A stretch of DNA of 64,000 nucleotides, taken from assembly GCA_000182565.2 (NCBI GenBank), contig KQ257455.1. The stretch is one strand, 5' to 3'. Positions within the stretch are counted from its first letter, which is position 1, and every line of letters starts with the position of its first letter. The DNA is from Spizellomyces punctatus DAOM BR117. Its lineage: Eukaryota. This document shows, one piece after another, positions 26,046 through 39,919 of the stretch. The translations under genes and the position numbers were made by a program. The notes below the pieces were generated by a model. That model was not told the origin of the DNA and searched no databases. It saw only the letters and a list, made by a program, of their open reading frames with translations.

Positions 26046-26745
26046 GAAGACTCTGTGATTCTGTCAGTATCTTCGGCGTTCCGTCTGCTACAGAGAAGTC
26101 TAATTGGACAAGACGAAAAAAAGTTGGATAGAAAACTTCTTATCCGTTCAGCAGAGAATAACTCTGGTCGTGGGAAAAAGGTTTCAATACGAGTGTTGCG
26201 ATGCGAGTTCATGTGAGTGCCCCAGCGACGTTGTTTACGTCAAAAGGGACCATACGGGGGGACGGGGGGCTTGCCTGCCTGCCAGCGTCCCTTTCAAAAC
26301 ATGATTTTTGAAGCCATTTAGGCCTTTCATACCATCGTTAAAGTAACCAGAATGAATCTGGTTTTCATCACAACTGCGGGAGCATCGTTCCATAATCTTG
26401 TAATATTTTATTCCTTGTATCAGCGCAATCCATCAAAATTCTAAACTGTTCTTGTTTGCAAAAGCAAGGACGTTGAGCAAGTTTGAAACCTTTCCGCCTA
26501 GCACCGCTACATTCAAGAGCGAGTTGGAAAAACACAGCGACCATCTGGTTAATCAAATACTATGAGGTTTTGGGACATCCCGCACCAGGTTGGATATCCA
26601 GCGAGAAAAGGAACTTGTAAGACTTGTCGAAGATCCAGACGATAGCATGACTGTGCCATTCACGAGTTAGATCGGGTTGTTGTCGGTCTCGCTCAACTCT
26701 TTGAAAAACATAAATGGTGAACAGCCTCCGCAGATCGAGCTTACG

Positions 26746-29700
26746 ATGAGGACAATGCGTGGGTGTCGGGCATACCTGTCCGCAGGGGTTGTGGACGGGA
26801 TTTCGCATGCGTCAACCGTGTCTTGCTCTTTTGCACAAAGGTTAAGACGACTCTTGCAAATTGCGTTAGCAGCGCTGATCTAACGAGTTCTAACCTATCC
26901 GGCTTTTATAGAAGGGGCTTGCATGCATCAGCTTCAAAAAGCGAGCGACATCTTGCAGAAAGTTTGTACATGTACACGCATAGGGTCGCAGGTCCAGGGA
27001 GGAAGTACTTTGTGCCACGCTTTCCATTGGCACATCCATTTTCGAAGCGGTTTTCTTCCGGTCCTTCTGAACCAGTTGAAATTTCCAGCGAACTTGTTCC
27101 CCAATTTCGTACTGCTTTGAAAGGATCGAATAATATGGAAGTGTGCTGGAAGCTCTTCCTGACTATCACTACCGCTGCAAGCACCCTCTCGGAGCTTACT
27201 CACGCTGATTACCGCCACTTACTTGTAAGGCTCCGCACATATGCTCACCGATCTAGACTGGAAAGACTTCGTCGCGTGTTGGACCAAATCCAGCTGGCAG
27301 GACTGCACCGGAGTGCTTTTGAATGGAATTCAGAGTTGGATGTTCTCGTCCACCATGGTCAATACGAGGAAGCTCGGGCAACTTACGATAAAATGATTGA
27401 GGCGAACATCGAGCCAGATGTGGATACGTATAATATTATGACTCGCTGTGAGGCTACGGCTGCCAATCCTGATGCTGCCAAGCACTGGATAAAAGAAATG
27501 AGGGCCAATGGTCACTCACCGCACATTATTGCCTATTCGAACTTGGCCAAAGCCTACATTGCTGCTGGCGACATCCATGGTATGATGCAAGTGTTAGACT
27601 TGATGAAGGAGAATGGGCTTACTCCTGGGCCGGACACCTACCATATTCTCGTGCGATATTGTATAACAAAGGGGAATGCGGAAGGGGCGATGATGCTATT
27701 AGGAATGTTGGTGGCGGAGGGCCATGTGCCATCCGTGGAGCTTTATAGTAGCCTTCTATCCGTCTATGTGGATAACGCAGACATTGAAAGCACGGAGCGG
27801 ATATGGAGAGGAATGGCAGATGTAGGAGTCAAGCCGGACACAGAGGCATACGAGGCATTATTGCGAGGTTACGTGGGACGGGAAGATGAGATGAAAGTTC
27901 GGGAAATATTATCTCATATGTCATCCCATGGGATGGTGCTATCGCTCCAAGCCTACATATCACTAATGGAGATGTACGGAAAGCTGCAGAATAATGGGGA
28001 AATGCGGAAATGGTACAAAAAGATGCGAGCTGCTGGAATTGCGCCGAATATCAAAGTTCTCCAAGTTTTAGATCGCTATCATTATGAGAGAAACGAATCA
28101 AAAGCGTTCGTCAGACTGCTCAAGGACATAGGGGATTCGCACATTGCTGGTACAGAGACCAGTGTGCGACAATTCATTCTCATGCGCCTTGACCGAGCAA
28201 GTGGTCGCAAAGATATTCGGTATGCTAAGTGGCTGTATGACATTGGCAAGAGATTGGGCTCTATGCCACCGGACCACATACACTTGAAAGTCGCGGAGAA
28301 GGCAGCCGCTGACGGACAGTACGATTTCGGGCTACGTTGTCTATCTGATATTCAGTTCCGAAAACGTCGAAATCAAATGTGTGAGGGTTACGATCGTGTC
28401 ATGCGGCTACTGTTACCGGGACTCGAATTGGAGGATCGCATACGGCTGTTTGAGATTGGCATTTCTGTAGGAACCACTTTGTCGATGAAATCGGAGGAAC
28501 ATATTCGACAAGTTCTTCATTCTGCCGCTCGCTATAGACAGTTGTTACCTGCCATACGTCGATACGTCCAGTCGTCTGGGGGCTTGCGACTGTCGAGGAA
28601 TATGCGAACAATGGTCGCCGAAGCATTGCAGGAGCATGATATAGATGGGGCCGCTGACTTACTGGGTGAAATGGGACCCCGCTTTTTTCAAAGTGAAGGG
28701 GTGCCCCTTTTGAACGGAAAGCAGATTCTGCAGAAGTTGCTGGAGAGCGGGGACATGCAGAAGACCTTCGATTGGTCACAGCGGCTAGCTCCTTTTGGTA
28801 TATACCTTACCACATGGCAGGCCAACAGACTCCTCGAATATCTTCTCGCTCATGGGCGTATTGATGATGTTAAGAGGTTAATGTTTAGGATGGACGAGGC
28901 AAGGAAATCCCACCAGATCGACGCTAGCCCAAACCAGATAACATACAACATCATCCTCAATGGTCTTGCAAGTCAGCATGATCATAAGTTATTCAACAAG
29001 TATTGGGCCCAGCTACAACATGCGACACGTTCATCCCCCGACCAATTTTCGTACGCCGCGAGGATAAAGTTCAACCTAAATAATGACGACATGCAAGCAG
29101 CCGAAAAGGATCTGAAACGTTTAGAAACGAAATTTGGTACTGTGGATATGCGGATCTGGACACTGTTTATATCGTACTACTTGAAACGTGGCGATATTGC
29201 TGGAGCCAGAGCGATTTTCAGCAGGATCGAACGAAGGGGCCAGGCTCCTAACACGGTGATGTTTACGATGTTGTTGAACTTCCACCTGAAGCGCGCAGAA
29301 TTTGAACAATTAAACGCTATTGCAGTGGAGATGAACGAGAAGAACGTCAAACTGAACCAGGTTTCGTACACTGCTCTAATCAGCGCAGCAGCGAAGCAGG
29401 GTGATCCAGCACAAGCGCAGCGATTGCTCCTTAAGATGAAAGCTGAAGGGCTAAAACCTGACGTAATTAACTACACCGCGATGATTGCAGCGTACGCAGC
29501 CGACAGAGATGCGGAGGGGGCTCGCACTGCATATCAACAACTCTTGGACGCTGGATTGACCCCTACAATGATGACTATGAACACGGTTTTATCTGCATCC
29601 GCACGAACTGGCGACGCTGCTCTCGTTCACTCCTTTCTAGTGCAGATGGAGCAACACGGCGTCACACCTGATAGCAGTACCTACGAGACCTTGTGGCAAG

Positions 29701-30764
29701 GTTACGCAGTCGCTGGTAATGTACCGGAAATGGAGAAGGCGCTCAACTCCTATCTGCGGATGGCGGGGCACGCGAAAGTGGATTTGGGTGTATTTAACAA
29801 GTTACTAAGAGGCCATGCACGGGCTGGAAATATCCCAGGTGCCCTCGAATGTCTCAAAGGGCTCTACGCAGCTGGCTGTACGCCAGATGCACGGACGTTC
29901 ACGGCCATGATGGAGGTCTGCGCTCGTGGAGGGGACGTATTGGGAGTCGGCGAGTGGATTGGCAAAGCTGAAATGGCTGGGATAAAGCTCGACGCCAAGG
30001 CCATTGCAATCGTCGTGGACGGATTTATCAAAAGCGGCAACGTGGATGCAGCGTGGTCTGTGGTGAGACGAGTCACTACAGTCAACCTTGATGCTGCCGT
30101 ATTCCATCCTTTTGTGGATCTCTATGCGGGTCTTCAAGATGTGGCGAAAATGCATGAAGTCCTACAGGAAATGTACGAACATGGAGTTAAACCGAACGTA
30201 GTTACTTGGACATGTGTAATCAATGGCCTCTCAAAGGCGGGCCTCGCCAACCAAGGTGTGAAGATCTGGAGTGCGATGAGGACTGGCGGGGTTGTGACCC
30301 ATGATACGCTTCAATGGAAAGTGGATCCTTTAGCGGATGAAGAGCTGCAAGCTGGCTGCGGTCCTTTGATCGCTGTCGTTTTTGATGCATTCGGGTTCGG
30401 CGACATGGTAAAAGAAGCCAAGCGGTATTGGGCTCAATTGAAAAGCGAAGGCAAAGCCTTGAATGAAAATCATCTTGCCAGTTACGTAGAGTGTCTCTCG
30501 CGGTGCGGCTTGGTCGATGAAGCTTATGATATTGTCGTGAAAGGCGACGGTCCACAGGCGGGAACGAAAACGTTTGGGACATTGTTGAGTATGCTGATGA
30601 GGGAGCAAAGATTAGATTGGGCTAGAGATGTTTTGAATCTTATTGAGCATCAAGGCGTGTGGGTAATGGATGCTGTAAAAAGGAAGTATCCTGGGTTAGT
30701 GGAGGACATCCTCAGTGTGGAGGTGATTGAAAATGGCACTAGGACCCATTATTATCCGGATTAA
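26746..30764 (+). CDS. Large mitochondrial pentatricopeptide-repeat (PPR) protein
   Basis: Many 35-aa repeats (PDVDTYNIM, PNTVMFTMLL, PDVINYTAMIAAYA, PNVVTWTCVINGL). Exon 1 MRTMRGCRAYLS... joins via intron ~26841-26910 to RRGLHAS, a presequence-like segment. Confidence 0.92.
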
Positions 30765-30833
30765 TCCAGTTAATCATATCGCATAATCAGCACCCCCTCT
30801 ATTGCTCAAAACGGTGTGGCAGGTATTGTAATG

Positions 30834-31457
30834 TTTTTTTTTTTTTTTTTTAAACTGCGGTGAGGCGCATGCTGAAGGTCTATAAAAGGGGACCTGCTCC
30901 CTCTTCCCTCTTGTTTCTTTACCCTCGACTCGAAGCATCTGCGCAACGCTCACGCAGCACTCTCAAGTCCATCATTATGAGAATACAGATGTGGTGGTGC
31001 CGAGGACCTCGCCCTCCCGACAAAAACAACATAACCCCTTGCAAATGCTGCTACTACTACATTGCTACGATCGCAGGTATGCATTATCTTTGTATTTTCC
31101 CACGCGGATTATCCAGTCTAATTCCCATTACCTTAGTATCTGAACATCCTCCGACTAAAGAATTTCGGAATCAAGGGCTTAGTAGGATTTCTCTCGTGGT
31201 GGTGGGCTTAGTTGCCCGGTTAGAACCAACCGTTATCGCATGTGTAATTAGGCCTCGTGGTAGTTAGCTTTTCACGTACCCCAGTTCAACCCAGGCTGGA
31301 ACCTGTAGCGAGTTAGGATAGGGGTGGGACTCGTTTGCAGGATAGGTTATGAAGGGTTGGACAGGCTGGCTAATTGTAAATTAGAACCGGCTGTAGTGGG
31401 TTGGAGGGAGAATCTGTCCCTAGTGACATTTTCTACCACCTGCACCCTAAAAAAAAA
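30834..31457. mobile_element. Possible repeat/mobile-element relic bounded by T18 and A9 tracts
   Basis: Intergenic block starting with T18, with TATAAAAGGG at 30881, an intron-like GTATGC..CTAAT..TTAG and a TAG-rich body, ending CCCT-A9. Confidence 0.35.
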
Positions 31458-31591
31458 TACATGATCGACCACTGCTTACAAAACGAATGGATCGGCTGAA
31501 GCCACACTTGTCTGGATCTAGCCATTTGATCCTGATATGATCGGAAGTGCTGAGGTGATGCCAGGCGTTTGCCAGTCCTCATCTTGGCATA

Positions 31592-33994
31592 ATGCTCCAC
31601 ATTGTGCCCCTCACAACGGCGGTACCGTCGACAGCTCGTCGTCTGTTCAGTCGACTACTTACAACGAGCGTCGCGGCCTCACAACTACCTGCACTCAAAT
31701 TGTTCAACAGTGCTGTGCGCCGTCAGCGCAAAACGGCAATAGTATCGCAAGGACAAGAGTACAGTTACGGACAGTTGTTGGAGGATGCAGTGGCGTTGCG
31801 CAATCGAGTAGGACATGGGTATGTACCTTTGAAATCGTTCCGCGTATCCAAGATTTGGTAAAACTAAAAATACCTGCATATATGTCAGAAAAGAAATTGA
31901 CCTGACATCTTCGCGACGCATAGCCTTCTTGTTTCCGCGAAGTTATGAATATGTTGTTGCACAGTGGGGAGTATGGAGTGCGGGAGCTGTCGCTGTGCCT
32001 TTATGTAGGTGACTGCATATCGATAACTTGCTCAAAAAAGTTTCCGGAGGACTAACATCGCCACAGGTACAAGTCATCCAGTTCCAGAACTCGATTACAC
32101 TCTTACGGATGCGGAAGCTGATACAGTTATCTTTCATCCGTCATTTCGGAATCGAATTGAACCATTGCGGGAGAAGCTGAGATCGTTGAATTGGATTGAA
32201 TTGGATGATATACCTGTACGCAACACCATTGACGATGTGGTCAGTATTGTCGCGCACAAAAGGGCGATGCTGGGCATACTGAATAAAGTACCATGATGTC
32301 AGGACAGCAATTTGACCAGGTCCCCTTCCTCAACTCAAATGGAGCTCTGATCATCTACACCAGCGGAACGACAGGTAGGTAGACGACCTGCATTTTGCGG
32401 TCTGAACATGGTAAATAAAACAAGTTGCAAGGAAAACCAAAGGGTGTCCTAACGACTCATGCAAACATTGAGGCACAAGTTGAATCACTCCTGGAGGCTT
32501 GGAAGTGGACTGAAGATGATAAAATTATCCATGTCTTGCCTTTGCATCATGTTCATGTGAGTAGTCCTCTTCAGCATGGGGGACTTCCTGAGTTTTTTTT
32601 AGCTTCTGTCCTCTGACTATTTTGATACGATACAGGGGCTTATCAACGTACGTGTAATCGCCGGTCGTTTGACAAACCATGGGGGGCTTTCCTAAACTTG
32701 ACTGAATGAAGGTCTTGACTTGTGCTCTATGGGCCGGCGCTACTTGTGAATTCTTGGAGCCATTCAATGCAGACGCTACGTGGCAGCGTTGGATGTCTGA
32801 GAAGAAGGACCTATCGCTCTTTATGGCGGTCCCAACAATATACTGTACGCTGTGAACACTAGCTCATAATTCACAACATCACACCATTAATACGTACGCT
32901 TCCAGCGAAGTTAGCGCACGCCTATCACTCCATGTCTCCTGAAGAACAAACTAAGGCAACAGAAGCCTGTCGTCCGTTCAGACTGATGGTGAGCGGTTCC
33001 GCCGCCCTCCCTGAGACGGTTTTCGCGGAATGGGAGCGTATAAGCGGGCATCGGCTGTTGGAAAGGTATTATATGTCATCGTAGTAATGGCGTATTTTAG
33101 GGACGGAGAAAATGAACGCCAGTTTCAGATATGGTATGACGGAGATTGGAATGGCTCTTGGGAATCCTTATGAGGGTCCACGTATACCGGTGTGTGACGT
33201 GAAACGGTTGACAGTATTTTCAGAACTCATAGTATTTGCTTACATGAGCAAAAGGGAACTGTAGGCCGCCCGTTTCCGGGGGTGCAGGTTCGTATCGAGA
33301 ACGAGCATGGACAGAACGTCGTTGACCAACCCGACGAGGCCGGAGAACTAGTCATTGGTGGACCACAGGTCTTTAAGGAGTATTGGAATAAGCCAGAAGC
33401 GACGCGCAAGGAGAAAGTGAACGGCTGGTAAGAACCATGACAAGTTGCACTGTCCATACTCCACACTCAACGATGATTTCTGGCCAGGTTTCGCACCGGC
33501 GACATTGTTTCGAGATCCCAAGATGGCGTGTTTAGAATACTAGGCCGGGCTAGTGTAGATATTATCAAGACAGGCGGCTATAAGGTATTTTGAAAACTGA
33601 TGTGGTCGACATGTCATCAATCGACTGGTGCATAATCTGTTCCACAGGTCTCAGCCTTAGACATTGAACGAGAAATGCTTGAGCATTCCGCCTTTCGAGA
33701 TGTCGCCGTGGTGGGACTGCCTTCAGAAGAATGGGGTGAAGTCGTGGGAGCAATGGTTGTGCTTCGTCAGGTTCGTTCTACACGTCCCCTGCGCACAGCG
33801 GTATCAGCAGATGAGCATTATTGATTCTTTCTATTCTCGCACAGGGGCATACTATAGAGTTAAGCGATCTCCGCGAATTCCTCAAAGAACGGCTGGCTTC
33901 TTATAAAATTCCTAGGGTGCTCAAGGTGGTTGATGAACTGCCACGTAACGCGATGGGAAAAGTTAACAAGAAAGCTTTGAGGGCATTGTTCTAG
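31592..33994 (+). CDS. ACSF3: ACSF3-like malonyl/acyl-CoA synthetase, mitochondrial, many exons
   Basis: [89 protein letters not shown]. Confidence 0.9.
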
Positions 33995-34232
33995 TGCAGC
34001 GCGCATTGTCCAGCTGATAATTAGCAGGAGTGACTGTATACCATAGCTGTCCTGTTGCTGTATCTAGGTCTTCTTGAGGCGGGGCGAGAGAATAATGACG
34101 AGGGTTTATTCGTTTGTTTTTAATGCTGACGGGATCTCGGAACTCAATGGTTTCGAACCGACTCCATCCACCACTCCATCCACCTTGCCAGCGGAGGTCG
34201 GCGAACTTCTATCTTGGCCGACTTGACGAAAA

Positions 34233-35501
<1,269 letters not shown>

Positions 35502-36600
35502 GGAAACGTCAAGATCTGCTGCAAATCATATTTATTCATCACTTTCTTACAATCTACCTTTACCTACAGTTTGTTTGTATTGCTTACCTCACCAATGACA
35601 CATGATTACGTGATAACTGCGCTGTTTTGATTGGCGTCACAAGTTGGTATCATGTGCCTTATCCATTGGCACTCCGCTCTTTAGCTTTCGCCTTCCCCCC
35701 GTGCGAGTTTTGTTGTGTGTTGGGCCCATCGATCCTTTTTTTTGCCCAAAGGTTTTTTTGGCTATTCCATGTTTACGGCAGGGCTTTCAACCCCGTCCGT
35801 CACACCTCCACAAACACCCCCCAAACAGTCCCACGTTGCAACTCGTTTGGCCATCATCCGAACATCCAATCGTCGTTGGCATCTCCACAACAAGAACCAA
35901 CTGACCTGCAGCTGTTTTCACTAGTCTATTCTTTTTTGCTTTTATTTTCCTCTAGCCTACTTTTCCTCCATCTCGTTTCTTTTTGCCTTACTTTTGAGAC
36001 AACGATTTGGGCGCTTATCACAGACGACAGGGGACAATCACGAGAACCTGGATCGCGAATTGGCTTTCTGTTGTGAATTATATCACGCTACAATTCCTAC
36101 GACGCTTTCTCCCTTTCTTTTCTCGACCTCCAGCGTTCTGTTTCCTTTAGCCTGTGCGCAGGGTGCACAAGGACGTTGATAGTAGAAGGATAAAAACTAC
36201 CTTTCCCTCCTTTCTCAACTGTCCGCTTGAGGTTGATGATTATCTGATTCTCGCTGTAAAAGTGAAGCGGCAGAACTTGTGAATCGATTTTCATATTCTT
36301 TGAAGTGACTTGAACCTTGCCGTGCTTCCTTGTTTTGGTTGTGGTGCATTCTTCTACCACGCCAATTTTTTATTTTTGTCGAACGTTGCTGTAGCCAGGT
36401 GTGTAAGTCCGTGTACGTTTTTGTATCAGATTGTTTGGACAGCGTAGTCAGCTATATCTGAATGTTCAGTATATTTCGATATTCCCTACTACGCTTAAGC
36501 AAAAGCTTTGAAATTTACTGACTTCCCTTCATTGTCTATAGCGTTTCGTATAGGATAACTGTGTCGGCAAGTGCCTTCCATATATTGTCGTTAACGTCGC

Positions 36601-39531
36601 ATGCTTGAAGTCATAAGCGGGGCGACGAAGCGGCACACAGGCATTCATCATCACATGCCGGCAGGTTTATCTGCGACGCAGAATACCACTGGCGTTGCCT
36701 CTTCAACATCAAGATCCTTTTCCCCGACACGCAAATTCAGCGCACCTGCAGAACATTTTGGAACAAGCTTCCCATCCCCTCCTTCACCAATTCGAAAATT
36801 CAGTGATGTGGAAGATGCCGGCTTGGCAACGGTGCGGGGATGGCGTGCCAGCATGCCATCCTCACCGACGACCGCGTTTCGGCGAGTGAGCGGTATGTAG
36901 TTTGTAATTTAATTAATGATTATATCAATTACATTGACACCGGATGTTTATTTTATAGAGGGCCTTCCTCTCTCTGTTGCTAGTTCACCATCATCTGCAC
37001 TATCGTCCGCGCTGGCTGCCTCTGCGCCGAAATCGGACAATTCCGGGATGGGTATGGACATTTCTAGTGCTGGCCAACTCGGCCTGCGGAAGGTGTATCC
37101 TGTGGACTCTGAGCCGCTCTCGACATCACAGTGTCCGTTGCAGGCACCTAGCGAAGATTTCCTGGCAAGAATTGTTGCAGGATCCCCAGGTGTTATTAGT
37201 ACTCGAGCTTCCCAGAGATCAAATGATGCGATGTGTCTCCGAGAAAGGGTACCATCCCATTCCTCTGTTGACTCTTCCGCTTCAACGCCTCCTGTACCGA
37301 TTCCGTTCTTGGGTGAGGGCATACATTCACATCGTAGTTCTTCCTCATCGAACGTGTCTCCAGCATCCAGCTGCAGGAATCTTCATCGATATCGCAGTGA
37401 TACAAACATCAGCCGGAGTCACAACACACCACGAACTCTACGAAAGTCACGACATGCGCGCTCAATGTCCTTCCATCATAGTGACGACGAAGATGATCTT
37501 CATTGGCGAGGCTTCCGCGACTCACCGCCCTCCCTGCCTCTTGTTCCCTATAAAAATCAGGTCGGAGGACACGCCTCATTTTTGCGCTTCTCCGACAAGG
37601 CAATATGCAAACCTTTGAATGCTAGAGAAAGGGACTTTTATGAGGTGGTGGAATCTACACATCCCGAAATCAAGCCTTTTATGGCAAATTATCTGGGTGT
37701 GGTAAACGTCACTTACAGCACCGCTTCGGCTGATGCCGACTACTATGGAGTAGCAGCTGGAACACCTGTTGTCATTTTGGAGGAGAACAAACACATTCTT
37801 CTGGATGATCATCATGACAATCCTGACTCGATGAACACCTCGGAGGAATCTGTTAACAGCATTCCCCCTTATAGTAAGCGACTTCAGCAACAAGTGTTCA
37901 AAGATGCTTTGTCCCCCCAGAGTTTGAGAGCCCGTTTCGCCCAGCTCAAGACCGCTATTGGCGCTATGAAACGACGGCATTCGATCACTGGTACGGAGCG
38001 ACCTGAAACCGATGATGCTGTTAAGCAGAGTGGGTTGAAGTGTCAGCAGGGACCTTGGTATTCGATGGATAACGTGGCACACGATTCCTCGCCTTCAGAT
38101 CCTGCAGTCTCCATTCCACCATCTGCCAACAATTTGGAAACTTCTGATGCTCCCTCGGATTCTTTGGCTCCCATTTTCCAAATGTCTGACGACGAAGAGG
38201 ATAAGGCTCCGGACGCCCATCCAAAACGAGATTCTTCCAACCCCCGTCACCACCCGACCCCACCTACACGTCTTACTCGATCTCCATCAACGCCAGTAAG
38301 ATGCATAGCCTCCGAATATCACGACGAAGGAGCAAATGCATCAGATGCGGACCAAGTTCCAGCGTCCGTGACTTACAATCCATGGTCACTTCACCTTTAC
38401 CATACAGCTATGTCCAAGCTGGCCGAATGTGATAACGAAGAGCGAAGAACGCATCAATTTTTGCTGCTGGAAGACTTGACGCAGGGCTTACGGTTTCCAT
38501 GCATTTTGGACCTTAAGATGGGAAGTCGTCAACACGGTGTGTATGCCACACCGGAAAAGCGGATATCACAGGAGAAGAAATGCGAGAAGAGTACCAGTAA
38601 GAAGCTTGGTGTGAGAATTTGTGGCATGCAGGTACGTCAATGGAGTGTGCGCATTTCGGTATCCCCATATACTGACTTTGTATTTCTGCAGGTGTATAAG
38701 GTGAACACGGGAACCTTTACATATCTGGACAAGTACATTGGACGTCAAATCAACATGTCCAATTTCAAACAGTCCCTTTTATCTTTCCTCGATAACGGAG
38801 AAAAGTACCTGGTCGGTTACATTCCAAAAATGTTGGAGAGACTTAAGGACCTGCATAGGGTAGTCTCGAAAATGCCATCGTACCGTTTTTACGCTAGTAG
38901 TCTCCTGATCTTGTATGATGGAGCATGGGCGCAAGATTGTGACGGGCAGGACCGGGCAAGCGTTCAATTGTCCCCTAGCAGCGCTGACGAAGGCACGGAG
39001 AGGGATCCATTGGACCCAACACCTCGCGAGGTCAATATGAAGATGATTGATTTTGCAAATTGTGTAGCGAATGCACACACTCTGCGGCGATTGGATGATT
39101 CTGAAACTGTGACGGACGACGGGCACCGCACACACCCCGTTCCCTTCCCACCTACCACAAAAGGGCCGGACAATGGCTATATGCTCGGATTACGTACTTT
39201 GATTCGCAGTTTTGAGGAACTGTACCGGGAGTTGGGGGGAGGTGGGCCTTACGTTGACGCGAATGGGCACGTCTCCAAAAGCGCGTTGACCGCCAGTCAG
39301 CGGATGAACGTTGGCGGATTCACCGAATCCAGCGATTTGCTGTCTCCTTCACCTCTTCTTTTGGCGGGGAGCGCTCCGACTGCTGGAGCTAATTCTGAGG
39401 TGCGAGGGCACAATACACCTTTTGTAGTCATGAGGTATAAGGATGGAACTAGTGCTGGGGCTCTTGAGGCAACAACAAAGGAAGAGCAGGGCGAGGGAGT
39501 AGGTCACGCATCGTCGCTACCCCTTTGTTGA
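36601..39531 (+). CDS. KCS1: Inositol hexakisphosphate kinase (Kcs1/IP6K), 3 coding exons
   Basis: NQVGGH, E.DFYE, QFLLLEDLT, PCILDLKMGSRQHG, GVRICGMQVY, RFYASSLL, KMIDFA, GPDNGY.LGL. Confidence 0.93.
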
Positions 39532-39919
39532 CATATTGGAGAAGGGTGGCTAGGAAAAGGATCAAGTCGCATAGGGTTAAGGCGGACTGGATTTTCTCTT
39601 CCAATCTTTTTTTTTTTCATGTAATTGTCTTTGTTGTGGATTATTGCTTTATATATTTTTCTGATTTTGTGTCAAGTTGACAATCTTTGTTGGCATTCAA
39701 TATCCTGTCCTAATGATAATATGATGTGGCATCCAAACGATATTGCTTGGGGAGGTCGCGCTGCTAAGCCACGCCATCTACTGGGGCGGGGAAATTGTCT
39801 GTTGAGGACCTGTAGATCTACTCTTCTTGCCGCGATCTCTAGCGGTTTGCCGTGTACCCATCTTGTGAGAGAATAGCCACGGTCATCCTTCATATGGTAT
39901 TTTGAGAGCGATAGGAATC

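Noticed and set aside
26368-26808. Short minus-strand ORFs upstream of the PPR gene
   Set aside because: No recognisable motif or consistent exon structure; they overlap the PPR first exon and promoter.
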